Shown: positions 51,715-61,956 of the stretch, piece after piece
Position numbering within the stretch: position 1 is the first letter of the stretch
Layout: every line of letters begins with the position of its first letter
Assembly: GCA_963789955.1 (NCBI GenBank)
Contig: CAWBMV010000022.1
Span: 160,001-224,000, forward strand
Direction of reading: 5' to 3'
Origin: an uncultured Candidatus Rokubacteria bacterium
Lineage (GTDB): Bacteria > Methylomirabilota > Methylomirabilia > Rokubacteriales > CSP1-6
Length of the DNA: 64,000 bases
Translations under genes and position numbers: made by a program
The notes under the pieces: model-generated
What the model saw: the letters and a program-made list of their open reading frames with translations, nothing else
Told to the model about the DNA's origin: nothing
Databases searched by the model: none

Positions 51715-52512
51715 CTACGCCAGCGCGACCAGCATCTTGAGCCCGAGCGCGCCGATCACGATCGCGAAGATCCGCTTGAGCGAGCGCTCGGACGTGCGGT
51801 GCGCGAGCCGTGCGCCGAAGGGCGCCAGCACCATGCTCCCGACGGTGAACCCGATCAGCGCCGGAACGTAGATGTAGCCGACGCTGTGCGCCGGGAGTCC
51901 GGCGGAGCCCCAGCCGTTGATCAGATAGCCGATCGTTCCCACCACCGCGATCGGGAAGCCGATGGCCGAGGCCGTGCCGATCGCCGTGTGAAACGGCACG
52001 TTGCAGAAGACCAGGAACGGAATCGTCAGGGTGGCGCCGCCCATGGCCGCCAGCGCCGAGCAGACGCCGATCCCGGTGCCGACGAGCAGGAGCCCCGTCG
52101 TTCCCGGCAGCTGGCGCGTCGGCTTGGGCTTCCAGTTGAAGAGCATGCTCGAGGCCATGTAGAGCACGAAGACCACGAAGATCACCGCCAGCGGAAAGGT
52201 CGGGATGTGGCGCGCCAGCAGGGTTCCGAGGCCGGTGCCGATGACGATGCCGGGGAGCAAGCGCCGGAGCACCGCCCAGTTGACCGCGCCGTGGCGGTCG
52301 TGCGCGCGCAGGCTCGACAGCGACGTGAAGATCACGGTCGCCATCGCCGTCCCGAGTGCCACGTGCAGCATGTGCTCACGCGGAAAGCCCTGCGCCGCGA
52401 ATGCCATCGTCGTGAGCGGCACCTGGATGCCGCCGCCGCCCATCCCGAGCATGCCCGCGAAGAAGCCGATGAACGCGCCGATCGCCACGTACACGAGCAG
52501 CCACTGATCCAC
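51715..52512 (-). CDS. TauE/SafE-family transporter
   Basis: AGMLGMGGG, ALGTAMA, AIGTAS; about 8 TM segments. Confidence 0.85.
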   Translation of the reverse strand: MDQWLLVYVAIGAFIGFFAGMLGMGGGGIQVPLTTMAFAAQGFPREHMLHVALGTAMATVIFTSLSSLRAHDRHGAVNWAVLRRLLPGIVIGTGLGTLLARHIPTFPLAVIFVVFVLYMASSMLFNWKPKPTRQLPGTTGLLLVGTGIGVCSALAAMGGATLTIPFLVFCNVPFHTAIGTASAIGFPIAVVGTIGYLINGWGSAGLPAHSVGYIYVPALIGFTVGSMVLAPFGARLAHRTSERSLKRIFAIVIGALGLKMLVALA

Positions 52513-52749
52513 GCTCTCTTCTCCCCCTGTCGATGCGCTCGCATCGACGTGGCCACTCGCGAAGCGCGATTGGTGGTCGGAATCCGAGACCGGGACACCG
52601 CGCGCCGCGACGGTCGTGAGCCGATGTGAGAGTATCGGCGAACTTCGTCCCTCGAGACACGGGAATCGGTGTCCAGGGCTGCCGAATCTCTGTCTCGGGT
52701 TGCTAGGTGCCCACCCCGCGGGCAGCGCGGCGACCTTGCGCGGCGCGGG

Positions 52750-53982
52750 TCAGCGCGGCGCGCGTCGGTACGTGCTCGGCGCCCTTCCGGTCATGCGCTG
52801 GAACACGTGGGCGAGATGCGAGGTGTCGGCGAAACCCAGGCTCGCGGCGATCGACTCGAGCTTCTCGTCGGTGTGCGCCAGCAGGTCCTGGGCGATCGAC
52901 ACGCGGACACGGGTGAGATAGTCGCGCACGCTCATGCCGATCTCGGAGCGGAAGAGGTGTGCCAGGTGGCTCGCCGAGATGTCGGTGATCTCCGCGATGC
53001 TGTCGACGGTCAGGTCTTCGTCGTAATGCCGGCTCAGGTGGGCGATCGTGCGGGCCACCGATTCGCCGAGCCGCGGCCAGGGCCCGCTCAGCCCGTCACC
53101 CGGCGGGAGCACGGCGCCGATCCGGCTCAGCAGATCTTCGAATCCGACCGGCGGCCGCAGGACGCCGCGGATGTTCAACGTCTCCCACACCGGCGGCGCG
53201 CCCAGGTACACGTCGTCGCACACGACGAGCACCGGGCACGCGGGCAGCTGCGCGTTCAGCGCGCCGAGAAACCGCCCGGCCTCGGCCGTGGAGCGCTTGA
53301 CGTTCAGGACGACGCCGGTGGGACGGAAGCGGAGCATGTCGTTGAGACCGTCGACCAGGGTCGGGCTCGTCTCGACGCTGGTCGCCCGCGACAGCACGAC
53401 GGCGAGCGTCGCGCGCCAGCCCGGATCGCCGCCCACGAAGAGTAACCGGTGGGTCCGGGGCAGCCGCGCGTCGCGATCGGGGCGGTCGCGCTCGACCGAG
53501 GCGCCGAGCCGCCGGGCCCGCTGCTCGAGCGCCTGGCGAATCGAGGCGAGCAGCTCGTCTTCCTGGAACGGCTTCGTGACGTAGTCGGCGGCGCCGAGCT
53601 TCATCGCCGCGACGGTGGTCCGCACCGTCTTCACCGCGGTCATCATGATGACGGGGATGTCCGGCTCGACCGCCTTGAGCTCTTGCAAGATCTCGAGCCC
53701 GTCCACCTCGGGCATCAGGATGTCGAGCAGGACGAGATCGACGCGCTCGGCGCGCACGATGCCGAGGGCGCTCCGTCCGTGCGGCGCGTCGAGCACCGTG
53801 TAGTGCTCGTCGAGGGCGAAGCGCAACGCCTCGCGAACTCCGGCGTCGTCGTCGACGATGAGCACCACCGGGCGCTCGTTGACGGGCGAGTCGGGCGGCG
53901 ACGGCTCTGGCTCGCGCTGGTCGCTGCCGTTCCCCCCGTTCGAATTCGAGATATCGCGCGCTTCCTTAGAAACGACGGGCAC
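52750..53982 (-). CDS. Response regulator with a C-terminal AraC HTH (start uncertain)
   Basis: VDDD..LLDILMP..KPF receiver; ISASHLAHLFR, LGFADTSHL..F...G..PSTYR. Confidence 0.85.
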   Translation of the reverse strand: MPVVSKEARDISNSNGGNGSDQREPEPSPPDSPVNERPVVLIVDDDAGVREALRFALDEHYTVLDAPHGRSALGIVRAERVDLVLLDILMPEVDGLEILQELKAVEPDIPVIMMTAVKTVRTTVAAMKLGAADYVTKPFQEDELLASIRQALEQRARRLGASVERDRPDRDARLPRTHRLLFVGGDPGWRATLAVVLSRATSVETSPTLVDGLNDMLRFRPTGVVLNVKRSTAEAGRFLGALNAQLPACPVLVVCDDVYLGAPPVWETLNIRGVLRPPVGFEDLLSRIGAVLPPGDGLSGPWPRLGESVARTIAHLSRHYDEDLTVDSIAEITDISASHLAHLFRSEIGMSVRDYLTRVRVSIAQDLLAHTDEKLESIAASLGFADTSHLAHVFQRMTGRAPSTYRRAPR

Positions 53983-54184
53983 TTGCGAATGATCTCGGTG
54001 TGTCTTCACGCCCAGAGCCTGCCACAGGAAACCGCAGTCCCCTACAGAAATTCCACAGCCCTGGACATTGACTGCCGGGGCCGGGTCTCCGACTGTTGGG
54101 CCCACCGGCCGCGACCCGAGGGGAAGGGAAGAGTCCGCCTCGAGTTTTCGCGCGGCAGAGAGAGCGATCGGGAGAAAAAGGCGC

Positions 54185-55621
54185 ATGATCAAGCCGGGAA
54201 CGCCCGCCTCACTCGCCGGTCTCGTGGCCGGCCTGGTCTTCATGGCTGCCCCAGGCGCGGCGCAGGAGACCATCCGCATCGGGATCGGTCATCAGAGCCT
54301 GTGCACCGACACCTACTCGGGCGGCATCACGGTCAAGCAGCTCGGGCTCCTCGAGAAGCACCTTCCGCGCACGGGAAAATACGCGGGCGCGAAGTACGAC
54401 GTCGTGTGGGAGGACTACACCTCCGGGCCGCCCATCACGAGCCAGATGCTCGCCGGCAAGCTCGACATCGGAGTCATGGGTGACTATCCGCTGCTCGTCA
54501 ACATCGCCCGCTTCCAGGAGACGAACAGCCTGCGATCGGTGATCGTCTCGATGACCGGCTACAACGTGAACGGCTCCGGGAACTCGATCGTGGTGCCGTC
54601 CGACGCGCCGATCTATCGGTTCGAGGATCTCAAGGGAAAGAAAGTCTCGGTGCCCTTCGGCTCGGCCGCGCACGGGATGCTCCTGAAGGCCCTGGTCGAC
54701 CGCGGGCTCGGCCAGGAGTTCTTCACCTTGATCAACCAGGCTCCGCCGATCGGCGCCACCAGCGTCCAGGAGAAGAAGATCGACGCGCACGCGGACTTCT
54801 GTCCGTGGGGCGAGCTCATGGAGTTCAAGGGCTTCGCGCGGAAGATCTTCGACGGCAGCCAGGCGTCGGTCGCGTATCTGCACGGTCCCGTCGTCCGCAA
54901 GGACTTCCTGGAGAAGTACCCGGAGATCGTCGTGGCCTATCTGAAGGCGGTCGTCGAGGCCAACGAGTGGATCACCAGGAATCCCGAGGAGGCGACCACG
55001 AAGCAGGAGCAGTGGACGTCCATCCCCAAGGAAGTCCTCTACCTCTACTTCGGGCGCGGTGGCTTTCTCACGCTCGACGCGACGATCAAGCCGAAGTGGG
55101 TCGAGGTCCTCAAGTACGATGCGTCCGTGCTCCAGAAGATGGGAATCATCAAGGGCGCCGACGTCGAGGGCTTCATCGACGATCGCTTCGTCAAGCAGGC
55201 GTACCGTGAGCTCGGCCGCGACTACGCGCGCGAGCAGCGCTTGATGGTGGCCGGCACCTCGCCCATGGAGGGAAAGGACGCGAGCACGGGCGCCGCGATC
55301 AAGGATCCGCGCGCGGCGGCCGAGATGTGGCTCAAGGGCGAGCCGATCAAGCCCTACGCGTCGCTGGCGAGCTTGATGGGTGCCCTGCGGGAGGCCGAGC
55401 AGGCGGGCCGCGTCGTCAGCGCCGCGTACGTGTTCGACTACCCGACGGGCCTCAAGCTCTTCGCCCATCGGGCGTTCTACGTCGCGGGCGGCAGCGGCAA
55501 GGCCGCCACCGCGTCGCTCGTCGCGTTCGCCTGGAAGGAAGAAGCCGAGGCGTTCGCCACCAAGAACGGCGGCAAGGTCCTCTCGCTCGAGGAAGCGAAG
55601 AAGCTGGGGGCCGCCAAGTAG
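54185..55621 (+). CDS. NitT/TauT-family ABC substrate-binding protein with a NosL-like C-terminal extension
   Basis: TSGPPIT, LDIGVMGDYP, LKGKKVSVPFGSAAH; tail AFYV..VAF..KEEAEAFATKNGGKVLSLEE. Confidence 0.8.
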   Translation: MIKPGTPASLAGLVAGLVFMAAPGAAQETIRIGIGHQSLCTDTYSGGITVKQLGLLEKHLPRTGKYAGAKYDVVWEDYTSGPPITSQMLAGKLDIGVMGDYPLLVNIARFQETNSLRSVIVSMTGYNVNGSGNSIVVPSDAPIYRFEDLKGKKVSVPFGSAAHGMLLKALVDRGLGQEFFTLINQAPPIGATSVQEKKIDAHADFCPWGELMEFKGFARKIFDGSQASVAYLHGPVVRKDFLEKYPEIVVAYLKAVVEANEWITRNPEEATTKQEQWTSIPKEVLYLYFGRGGFLTLDATIKPKWVEVLKYDASVLQKMGIIKGADVEGFIDDRFVKQAYRELGRDYAREQRLMVAGTSPMEGKDASTGAAIKDPRAAAEMWLKGEPIKPYASLASLMGALREAEQAGRVVSAAYVFDYPTGLKLFAHRAFYVAGGSGKAATASLVAFAWKEEAEAFATKNGGKVLSLEEAKKLGAAK

Positions 55622-56466
55622 TGGCCACCGCGCCACTCGTCGGCGCGCCGGCCGCGCCGGCGGACGCCGCCGAACCCCTCCGACTGGTGGGCTGGCGGCG
55701 GCCCGCGCTGCGCGCGTTGTCCATCGGGCTCTTCCTTCTGGCGTGGCACGTCGCGACCCTGTGGGACCTCGACCTCTACGTGCGCTTCCAGAACATCCCC
55801 GCGCCCGGCGACGTCCTCGCGGAAGCGATCGCGCTCTTCAGCAGTGCGAGCTTCTACGTGCACATCCTGGCTAGCCTCGAGCGCATCTGGCTCGGCTTCG
55901 CCATCGCCACGGTGCTCGGCGTCGGGCTCGGGCTCGTCATCGGCTGGTTCGCGTTCGCCGAGGACCTCCTGTTTCCGCCCATCGAGCTGCTCCGTCCGAT
56001 CCCGGCGGTGGCATGGGTGCCCATCAGCATCATGCTCTGGCCCACCGAGCGGTCGAGCATCGTGTTCATCACGACCCTGGGCGCGTTCTTCCCGATCGTG
56101 CTCAACACGATCCACGGCGTCGAAGGCATCGACCGTCAGCTCGTGCGCGCCGCCACGAGCCTGGGCGCGGGACGCACCGCCATCTTCCGCGAGGTCGTCC
56201 TTCCGGGAGCGCTGCCGTCGATCGTGACAGGGCTGTCGGTCGGGATGGGCGTGTCGTGGATCTGCTTGATCTCGGCCGAGATGATCTCGGGACAGTTCGG
56301 CGTCGGCTACTTCACGTGGGTCGCCTACGGCATCGTGAAGTACTCGCAGATCGTCGTCGGCATGCTGACGATCGGCGTGCTCGGCATGCTGTCGAGCCTC
56401 GTCATCCGGCTGGTCGGCACGCGCTGCATGCCGTGGCTGCCTCGCCGCGACAAGGTCGGAGCGTGA
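55621..56466 (+). CDS. NitT/TauT ABC permease
   Basis: LRPIPAVAWVP, EAA-like loop, LPGALPSI, SAEMI. Confidence 0.9.
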   Translation: MATAPLVGAPAAPADAAEPLRLVGWRRPALRALSIGLFLLAWHVATLWDLDLYVRFQNIPAPGDVLAEAIALFSSASFYVHILASLERIWLGFAIATVLGVGLGLVIGWFAFAEDLLFPPIELLRPIPAVAWVPISIMLWPTERSSIVFITTLGAFFPIVLNTIHGVEGIDRQLVRAATSLGAGRTAIFREVVLPGALPSIVTGLSVGMGVSWICLISAEMISGQFGVGYFTWVAYGIVKYSQIVVGMLTIGVLGMLSSLVIRLVGTRCMPWLPRRDKVGA

Positions 56467-56471
56467 CGCCC

Positions 56472-57276
56472 ATGGGGAACGGCACGGGCACCGGACGCAT
56501 CGAGATCACCGACCTCAGCATCGTGTTCGGGCGCGACGACCGGCGGGTCGAGGCGGTCCGCCGGTTCACCCTGATGACGACGCCGGGCGAGTTCGTGGCG
56601 CTGCTGGGCCCGTCCGGCTGCGGCAAGACCACCGTGCTCAACGCGGTCGCGGGCTTCGTGCAGCCGACGGTCGGGCGGGTGATCGGTGGACGGCGAGCCG
56701 GTCGTGGAGCCGGGCGCGGATCGAGGGATGGTGTTTCAGCAGCACTCGCTGTTTCCGTGGAAGACGGTGCTCGCCAACGTCGAGTTCGGGCTCAAGATGC
56801 GCGGGATCGGATCGATCGAGCGGACCGCCCAGGCTCGGCGCTATCTGAATCTCGTCGGCCTCGCCGGCTTCGAGCGCGCCTACCCGGGCGAGCTCAGCGG
56901 CGGCATGCAGCAGCGGGTCGGCATCGCCCGCGTCCTCGTCAACCGGCCGCGCGTGATGCTCATGGACGAGCCGTTCGGCGCGCTCGACGCGCAGACGCGG
57001 CTGACGATGCAGGAGCTGCTGCTCGGCGTCTGGCGCGAAGTGCGCACGACGGTGCTCTTCGTCACCCACGACATCGACGAGGCGATCTTCCTCGCCGACC
57101 GCGTCGCGGTCATGACGGCGCGGCCCGGTCAGATCCGCGACCTGATGCCGGTGAAGCTGCCGCGGCCGCGCCCCGCCGAGGTCATCGCGACCGCGGAGTT
57201 CATGTCCCTGAAGGCGCGCGTGCTCGCCCAGGTTCGCGAGGAAAGCGGCCGCGCGTGGATCGAGCCGCGGCCGTGA
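56472..57276 (+). CDS. NitT/TauT ABC ATPase; frameshift near 56685
   Basis: GPSGCGKTT, LSGGMQQR, MDEPFGALD, VTHDIDEA. Confidence 0.9.
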
Positions 57277-57899
57277 GCGCGCTGCGGGCGCTGGGGACGC
57301 GAATCTCCGAGCGGCGCTGGATGGTGGCGGCGGCGACCCTGGCCGTCTTCGCCGTCTATCAAGCGTTGATCCTCGCCATCCTGGTCGGCGGTCTCGGCGG
57401 TGTGCCGAATTACGTGCGGCTCTACCCGGCGTGGGAGAACGCGCGCCGCATCGTCCGGCTCACCCCGTCGACGGCGGACGCCGTCACGCTCATCGGGCGC
57501 GAGCCGCTGCTCGAGTACGGGCGGCGTCATCCCGTCTTCGGTGTGGCCGTGTGGAGCTACGAGCTGACGTGGTCGAGCCTCGCGTTCTTCGTCTCGTTCT
57601 CGGCGCTCGTCGGCCTCTACCTGGGCATCGGCGGTCTGGCGACGCGCTGGGGTGCGGTGGGCTCGCTGAGCGGCGCCGGCATCGTCGGCCTGCTCGGCGC
57701 CAGCGTGTCCTCGCTCACGCACTGCGGCCTCGGCTCCTTCGGCGTGCTGCTCGCGGTGTCCGGCGTCTCGGCGACCACCCTCCTGTGGTTCCAGCGCCTC
57801 GAGCCCGTGCTGATCCCGACGGGATATGCGCTGATCGTGCTGGCGATTGTCGCCCGGGCGAGGGGCCTCGCTCCCGCGTGGCCGGTGGCGGCGGCGTGA
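57273..57899 (+). CDS. Hypothetical membrane protein
   Basis: GTGA overlaps at both ends; several TM helices; SLTHCG. Confidence 0.6.
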   Translation: MSALRALGTRISERRWMVAAATLAVFAVYQALILAILVGGLGGVPNYVRLYPAWENARRIVRLTPSTADAVTLIGREPLLEYGRRHPVFGVAVWSYELTWSSLAFFVSFSALVGLYLGIGGLATRWGAVGSLSGAGIVGLLGASVSSLTHCGLGSFGVLLAVSGVSATTLLWFQRLEPVLIPTGYALIVLAIVARARGLAPAWPVAAA

Positions 57900-58438
57900 G
57901 AGCCTCCGCGGCGCTGCTCGCGGCGCTCCTGCTCCTGTCCGCCTGCTCGAGGGGACGCGGGGAGATGATGCCGACGTTCGAGCTCGTGGATCAGTCCGGC
58001 TCGATCGTGAAGTCCGCCAATCTCCGGGGGCGCGTCCTCGTGGTCAGCTTCGTCTTCACGACGTGCGCGGAGGCGTGTCCGCTCATCACCGCGCAGCTCG
58101 CGCGAACGCAGAGCCGGGTCCGCACGGAGAAGCTCGCCGAGCGCGTGCGCTTCGTCTCGATCACGCTCGATCCCGCCACCGATCGCCCCGACGTGCTGCG
58201 GCGCTACGCCGATCGCTACGGCATCGATCTGACGAGCTGGGACTTCCTGACCGGCGCGGCGGACGACGTGGGCCGCGTGGTTCGCGCCTTCGGGCTCAGC
58301 GCCGTCGCGCGGGAGCGAATCGTCCACGGCAGCCTCGTGGTGCTGGTCGACGAGAAGGGCCGGATCGCCGAGCGGCGGACGGACCTCGAGCTCGACCCGG
58401 AGCGGCTGCTCGGCTCGCTTCGCAAGCTCCTCGGCTGA
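57896..58438 (+). CDS. SCO-family copper chaperone (lipoprotein)
   Basis: LSAC lipobox, FTTCAEACP (CxxxC), SITLDP, IVHGS. Confidence 0.9.
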   Translation: MRASAALLAALLLLSACSRGRGEMMPTFELVDQSGSIVKSANLRGRVLVVSFVFTTCAEACPLITAQLARTQSRVRTEKLAERVRFVSITLDPATDRPDVLRRYADRYGIDLTSWDFLTGAADDVGRVVRAFGLSAVARERIVHGSLVVLVDEKGRIAERRTDLELDPERLLGSLRKLLG

Positions 58439-58464
58439 GGAGCCGGAGTACACTAGCGCCCGGC

Positions 58465-59418
58465 ATGCGTCTCGGCGTCCTCATTCCGACCCGCGGTGTG
58501 GTCATGCAGTCGGCGCAGCGGCCTCCCGTGGAGGAGTGCTGGACGATGGCGCGCCACGCGGACCGGGCCGGCTACGACGCCGTATGGGTCGGTGACAGCA
58601 TCGTCGCGAAGCCACGGCTCGAGCCGCTCACGACCCTGGCCTATCTGGCCGGGATCACGACCCGCGTGCGGCTGGGGACGGCGGTTCTCTTGCCGGCGCT
58701 GCGCCACCCCGTCGTGCTCGCCCACCAGATCGCGAACGTCGATCAGATCTCGCGCGGACGTGTCGTCATGGGGCTCGGCGTGGGCTGGAGCCTGCCGTCG
58801 GCGGAGCGCGAGTGGGCGGCGTGCGGCGCCGACCACAAGCGGCGCGTCCGCCGGCTCGAGGAGCACGTCGAGATCTGGCGCATGCTCTGGCGCGGCGAGC
58901 CGGTCACCCATCGTCACGGCGACGTGGAGCTGACCGACCACACGATCGGCCCGCTTCCCTGGCATCCGGCCGGACCACCGGTCCTCATCACCGCGGCGAA
59001 CCGCGGAGAGATGCTCGCCGCCCAGTTCGAGCGCTTCGGCCGGCTCGGCGACGGGATCATCACGACCTACGTCCACGCCGAGGAGTGCCGGCTCGTGCGC
59101 GAGCGCGCCGAGGAAGCGCTGGCCCGGCACGGGCGCGCGGGGGCGCGCTTCGAGCTCTGCGTGTACACGACGGTCCGGATGGAGGACGATCCGCGCACGG
59201 CCGAGCGCGTGACGACCGAATTCCTGGCGACCTACTATGGCGGGGGCGTGCACTCGCGCGGCACGATGGGGCTCGGCCCCGCCGACGTGGTGATCGCCGC
59301 GCTCCGGCGGTACGCCGCGGCCGGCGTCAGCGATCTCTGCATCCGGTTCGTGGGCGACGACCAGCTCGCCCAGCTCGAGCGATTCACCGCCGAGGTCTTG
59401 CCCGCCCTTCGCGACTGA
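58465..59418 (+). CDS. LLM-class oxidoreductase
   Basis: VWVGDS, RVRLGTAVLL, DQISRGR..GLGVG. Confidence 0.9.
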   Translation: MRLGVLIPTRGVVMQSAQRPPVEECWTMARHADRAGYDAVWVGDSIVAKPRLEPLTTLAYLAGITTRVRLGTAVLLPALRHPVVLAHQIANVDQISRGRVVMGLGVGWSLPSAEREWAACGADHKRRVRRLEEHVEIWRMLWRGEPVTHRHGDVELTDHTIGPLPWHPAGPPVLITAANRGEMLAAQFERFGRLGDGIITTYVHAEECRLVRERAEEALARHGRAGARFELCVYTTVRMEDDPRTAERVTTEFLATYYGGGVHSRGTMGLGPADVVIAALRRYAAAGVSDLCIRFVGDDQLAQLERFTAEVLPALRD

Positions 59419-59452
59419 TGGAAGGTCCAGAACGACACCCGGGAGAGCATCG

Positions 59453-60346
59453 ATGAAAATTCGATTCGACCAGGCCGCCCCGTACGAAGTCGAGGAAGTG
59501 GACGCACCCTTCGCCAAACCCGACGGCCAGGAGCTCCTGGCGCGCATCTATCGGCCCACCGGCGACGCCGACGCGCCGCTGGCGGCGCTCGTCGACGTTC
59601 ACGGCGGCGCCTGGAGCCGCGGCGATCACCTGACCGGCGCGCTCCATTGCCGAGCCCTCGCGGCCTCCGGCCTCGTCGTCGTCTCGCTCGGCTTTCGCCA
59701 GGGCTCGGCCGCCAAGCACCCGGCGGCGAGCGCGGATGTCGCGGCGGGCGTGCGCTACGTGCGCGCGCACGCGCGACGGCTCGGCGTCGATCCCCGGCGC
59801 GTCGGGATCGTGGGGAGCTCGAGCGGAGGCCAGCTGGCGCTGCTCGCGGCGCTCAAGCCCGGCGCGCCCGAGTTCGCCGGCACGCCGATCGTCGCGCCCG
59901 ACGGCTCGCTCGACGCGGCTCCCGGCGACGAATCGGTGGCGTTCGTGCTGGCGCTCTACCCGGTCGCGGATCCGCTCGCGCGCTTCCGCTACGTGGTCGG
60001 CCGGCAGAACGACGGCTCGGGCTTCGACGCCGCTCGCTTGATCGCCGCCCACCACGGCTACTTCCTGAGCGAGGCGCAGATGGCGGAGGCGAGCGTGACG
60101 CGCATCGTGACGGCGCGCGAAGCGCGGACCTTGCCGCCGGTATGGCTCGCGCACCCGGGTCTCGACGACAACGTGCCGGCGGCGATCACCGACGCGTTCG
60201 TCCAGGCGTACCAGCAGGCGGGCGGCGCGATCGAGCGCGTGCATTTCCCGGGCGCCCGCCACGGCTTCATCGGGCAGGCGAGCGCCGACAACGACAAGGC
60301 CATTGCGCTCATGCGCGACTTCATCGGCCGCCAGCTCGCGCGATGA
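59453..60346 (+). CDS. Alpha/beta hydrolase (HSL-like esterase)
   Basis: HGGAW, GSSSG, DDNVP, HGF. Confidence 0.85.
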   Translation: MKIRFDQAAPYEVEEVDAPFAKPDGQELLARIYRPTGDADAPLAALVDVHGGAWSRGDHLTGALHCRALAASGLVVVSLGFRQGSAAKHPAASADVAAGVRYVRAHARRLGVDPRRVGIVGSSSGGQLALLAALKPGAPEFAGTPIVAPDGSLDAAPGDESVAFVLALYPVADPLARFRYVVGRQNDGSGFDAARLIAAHHGYFLSEAQMAEASVTRIVTAREARTLPPVWLAHPGLDDNVPAAITDAFVQAYQQAGGAIERVHFPGARHGFIGQASADNDKAIALMRDFIGRQLAR

Positions 60347-61869
60347 CACGCCTCGCGACCGTCGTCGTCGCGCTGCTCGTGCTGGCGCCGGCGCTCGCGG
60401 CCGGCGCCGGCCCTGACGCGCCGGACCAGATCACCTGGGCCGTGCACACGACGCTGGTGCCGACGTACTTCGATCCGGCCGAGACGACGATCATCACGTC
60501 GTTCATGGTGCTCTACGCGTTGCACGACGGCGTGGTGAAGCCGATGCCCGGCAAACCGCTCGCGCCGAGCCTGGCCGAATCGTGGTCCGTCTCGCCGGAC
60601 GGGCTCGTCTACGACTTCGTGCTGCGCCGCGGGGTGAAGTTCCACAACGGCGATCCGGTCACCGCCGACGACGTGAAGTTCTCCTTCGAGCGCTATCGCG
60701 GCATCTTCGCGCGCGGCCTCAAGGACAAGGTCGCGGCCGTCGAGACGCCGGATGCCGCGCGCGTGCGCTTCCGGCTCAAGCAGCCGTGGCCCGACTTCAT
60801 GACGTTCTACGGCACGCTCGCGACCGGCGCCGGCTGGGTCGTTCCCAGGAAGTACGTCGAGCGAGTGGGGGAGGACGGCTTTCGAAAGGCGCCGATCGGC
60901 GCCGGACCCTATCGGTTCGTCTCGTTCACGCCCGGGATCGAGCTGGTCCTGGAAGCGTTCGAGGGCTACTGGCGCAAGAGTCCGAGCGTGAAGCGGCTGG
61001 TGCTGAGAACGATCCCGGACCCGGCGACGCGGCTGGCGGCGCTCAAGCGCGGCGAAGCGGACATCGCCTTCTCGATGATCGGCGAGCTCGGCGACGAGGT
61101 GCGGCGCACGCCGGGGCTCACGTTGAAGGCCGTCTATCCGTCGACCCACTGGCTCTACTTCGTCGACCAGTGGGACGCGAAGTCGCCGTGGCACGATCGC
61201 CGCGTCCGGCTGGCGGCGAATCTCGCGATCGACCGGCGCGCGATCGACCAGGCCCGGACCTCCGGGCTCTCGAGGATCACGTTCAGCATCGTGCCGAGCT
61301 CGTTCGATTTCTTCTGGCAGCCGCCCGCGTACGCCTTCGATCCGGCCGGCGCCAAGCGGCTCCTCGCCGAGGCCGGGTATGCCGGCGGCTTCGATGCCGG
61401 CGAGTACTTCTGCGACATGACCTCGGCCGACGCGGCCGAGGCGATGATCGGCTACCTGCAAGGCGTCGGGATTCGCGCCAAGCTCCGTCCGCTCGAGCGC
61501 GCCGCGTTCAACAAGAGCATCGCCGACAAGAAGCTGAAGAACCTCGTCCAGATCATCGGCGGCGCCTTCGGCAACGCCGCCACGCGACTCGAGGCCTACG
61601 CGGTCTCGGGCGGCCAGTTCGCCTACGGCGGCTACCCGGACGTCGACGGCCTCTTCCGTGAGCAAGCGACCGAGCTCGATCGGGCCAAGCGCGAGGCGAT
61701 GCTCCACCGCGTCCAGCAGCTCGTCTCGGAGAAGGCGATGGTCGCGCCGATGTACGAGCTCGCGTTCGTGAACGGCGTCGGCCGGCGGGTCGACGAATCC
61801 GGGCTCGGGCTCATCGCGGGCTACGCGTTCTCGGCGCCCTACGAGGATCTGAAGCTCAAGGCGAAGTAG
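60343..61869 (+). CDS. ABC transporter substrate-binding protein, family 5
   Basis: PSLAESW, FHNGDPVTADDVKFSFER, PIGAGPY, RVRLAANLAIDR. Confidence 0.9.
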   Translation: MTRLATVVVALLVLAPALAAGAGPDAPDQITWAVHTTLVPTYFDPAETTIITSFMVLYALHDGVVKPMPGKPLAPSLAESWSVSPDGLVYDFVLRRGVKFHNGDPVTADDVKFSFERYRGIFARGLKDKVAAVETPDAARVRFRLKQPWPDFMTFYGTLATGAGWVVPRKYVERVGEDGFRKAPIGAGPYRFVSFTPGIELVLEAFEGYWRKSPSVKRLVLRTIPDPATRLAALKRGEADIAFSMIGELGDEVRRTPGLTLKAVYPSTHWLYFVDQWDAKSPWHDRRVRLAANLAIDRRAIDQARTSGLSRITFSIVPSSFDFFWQPPAYAFDPAGAKRLLAEAGYAGGFDAGEYFCDMTSADAAEAMIGYLQGVGIRAKLRPLERAAFNKSIADKKLKNLVQIIGGAFGNAATRLEAYAVSGGQFAYGGYPDVDGLFREQATELDRAKREAMLHRVQQLVSEKAMVAPMYELAFVNGVGRRVDESGLGLIAGYAFSAPYEDLKLKAK

Positions 61870-61891
61870 CGGAGCCGACCGCGGGCCCGCG

Positions 61892-61920
61892 TTGACCCGC
61901 GTCACGGCGCGCGCTACTCT
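61892..61920 (+). promoter_or_regulatory. Sigma-70 promoter
   Basis: TTGACC-N17-TACTCT upstream of AGGAG and the ATG at 61957. Confidence 0.6.
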
Positions 61921-61956
61921 CCCGGCACGACGCAACGTGAGCCAGGAGAACACACC

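Noticed and set aside
54010..54024. Sigma-54 promoter for the AraC response regulator (TGGCAG-N5-GGGC); a similar weak match lies at 13970-13985
   Set aside because: The spacing is right but the -12 element is poor, and such matches are expected by chance in high-GC DNA.
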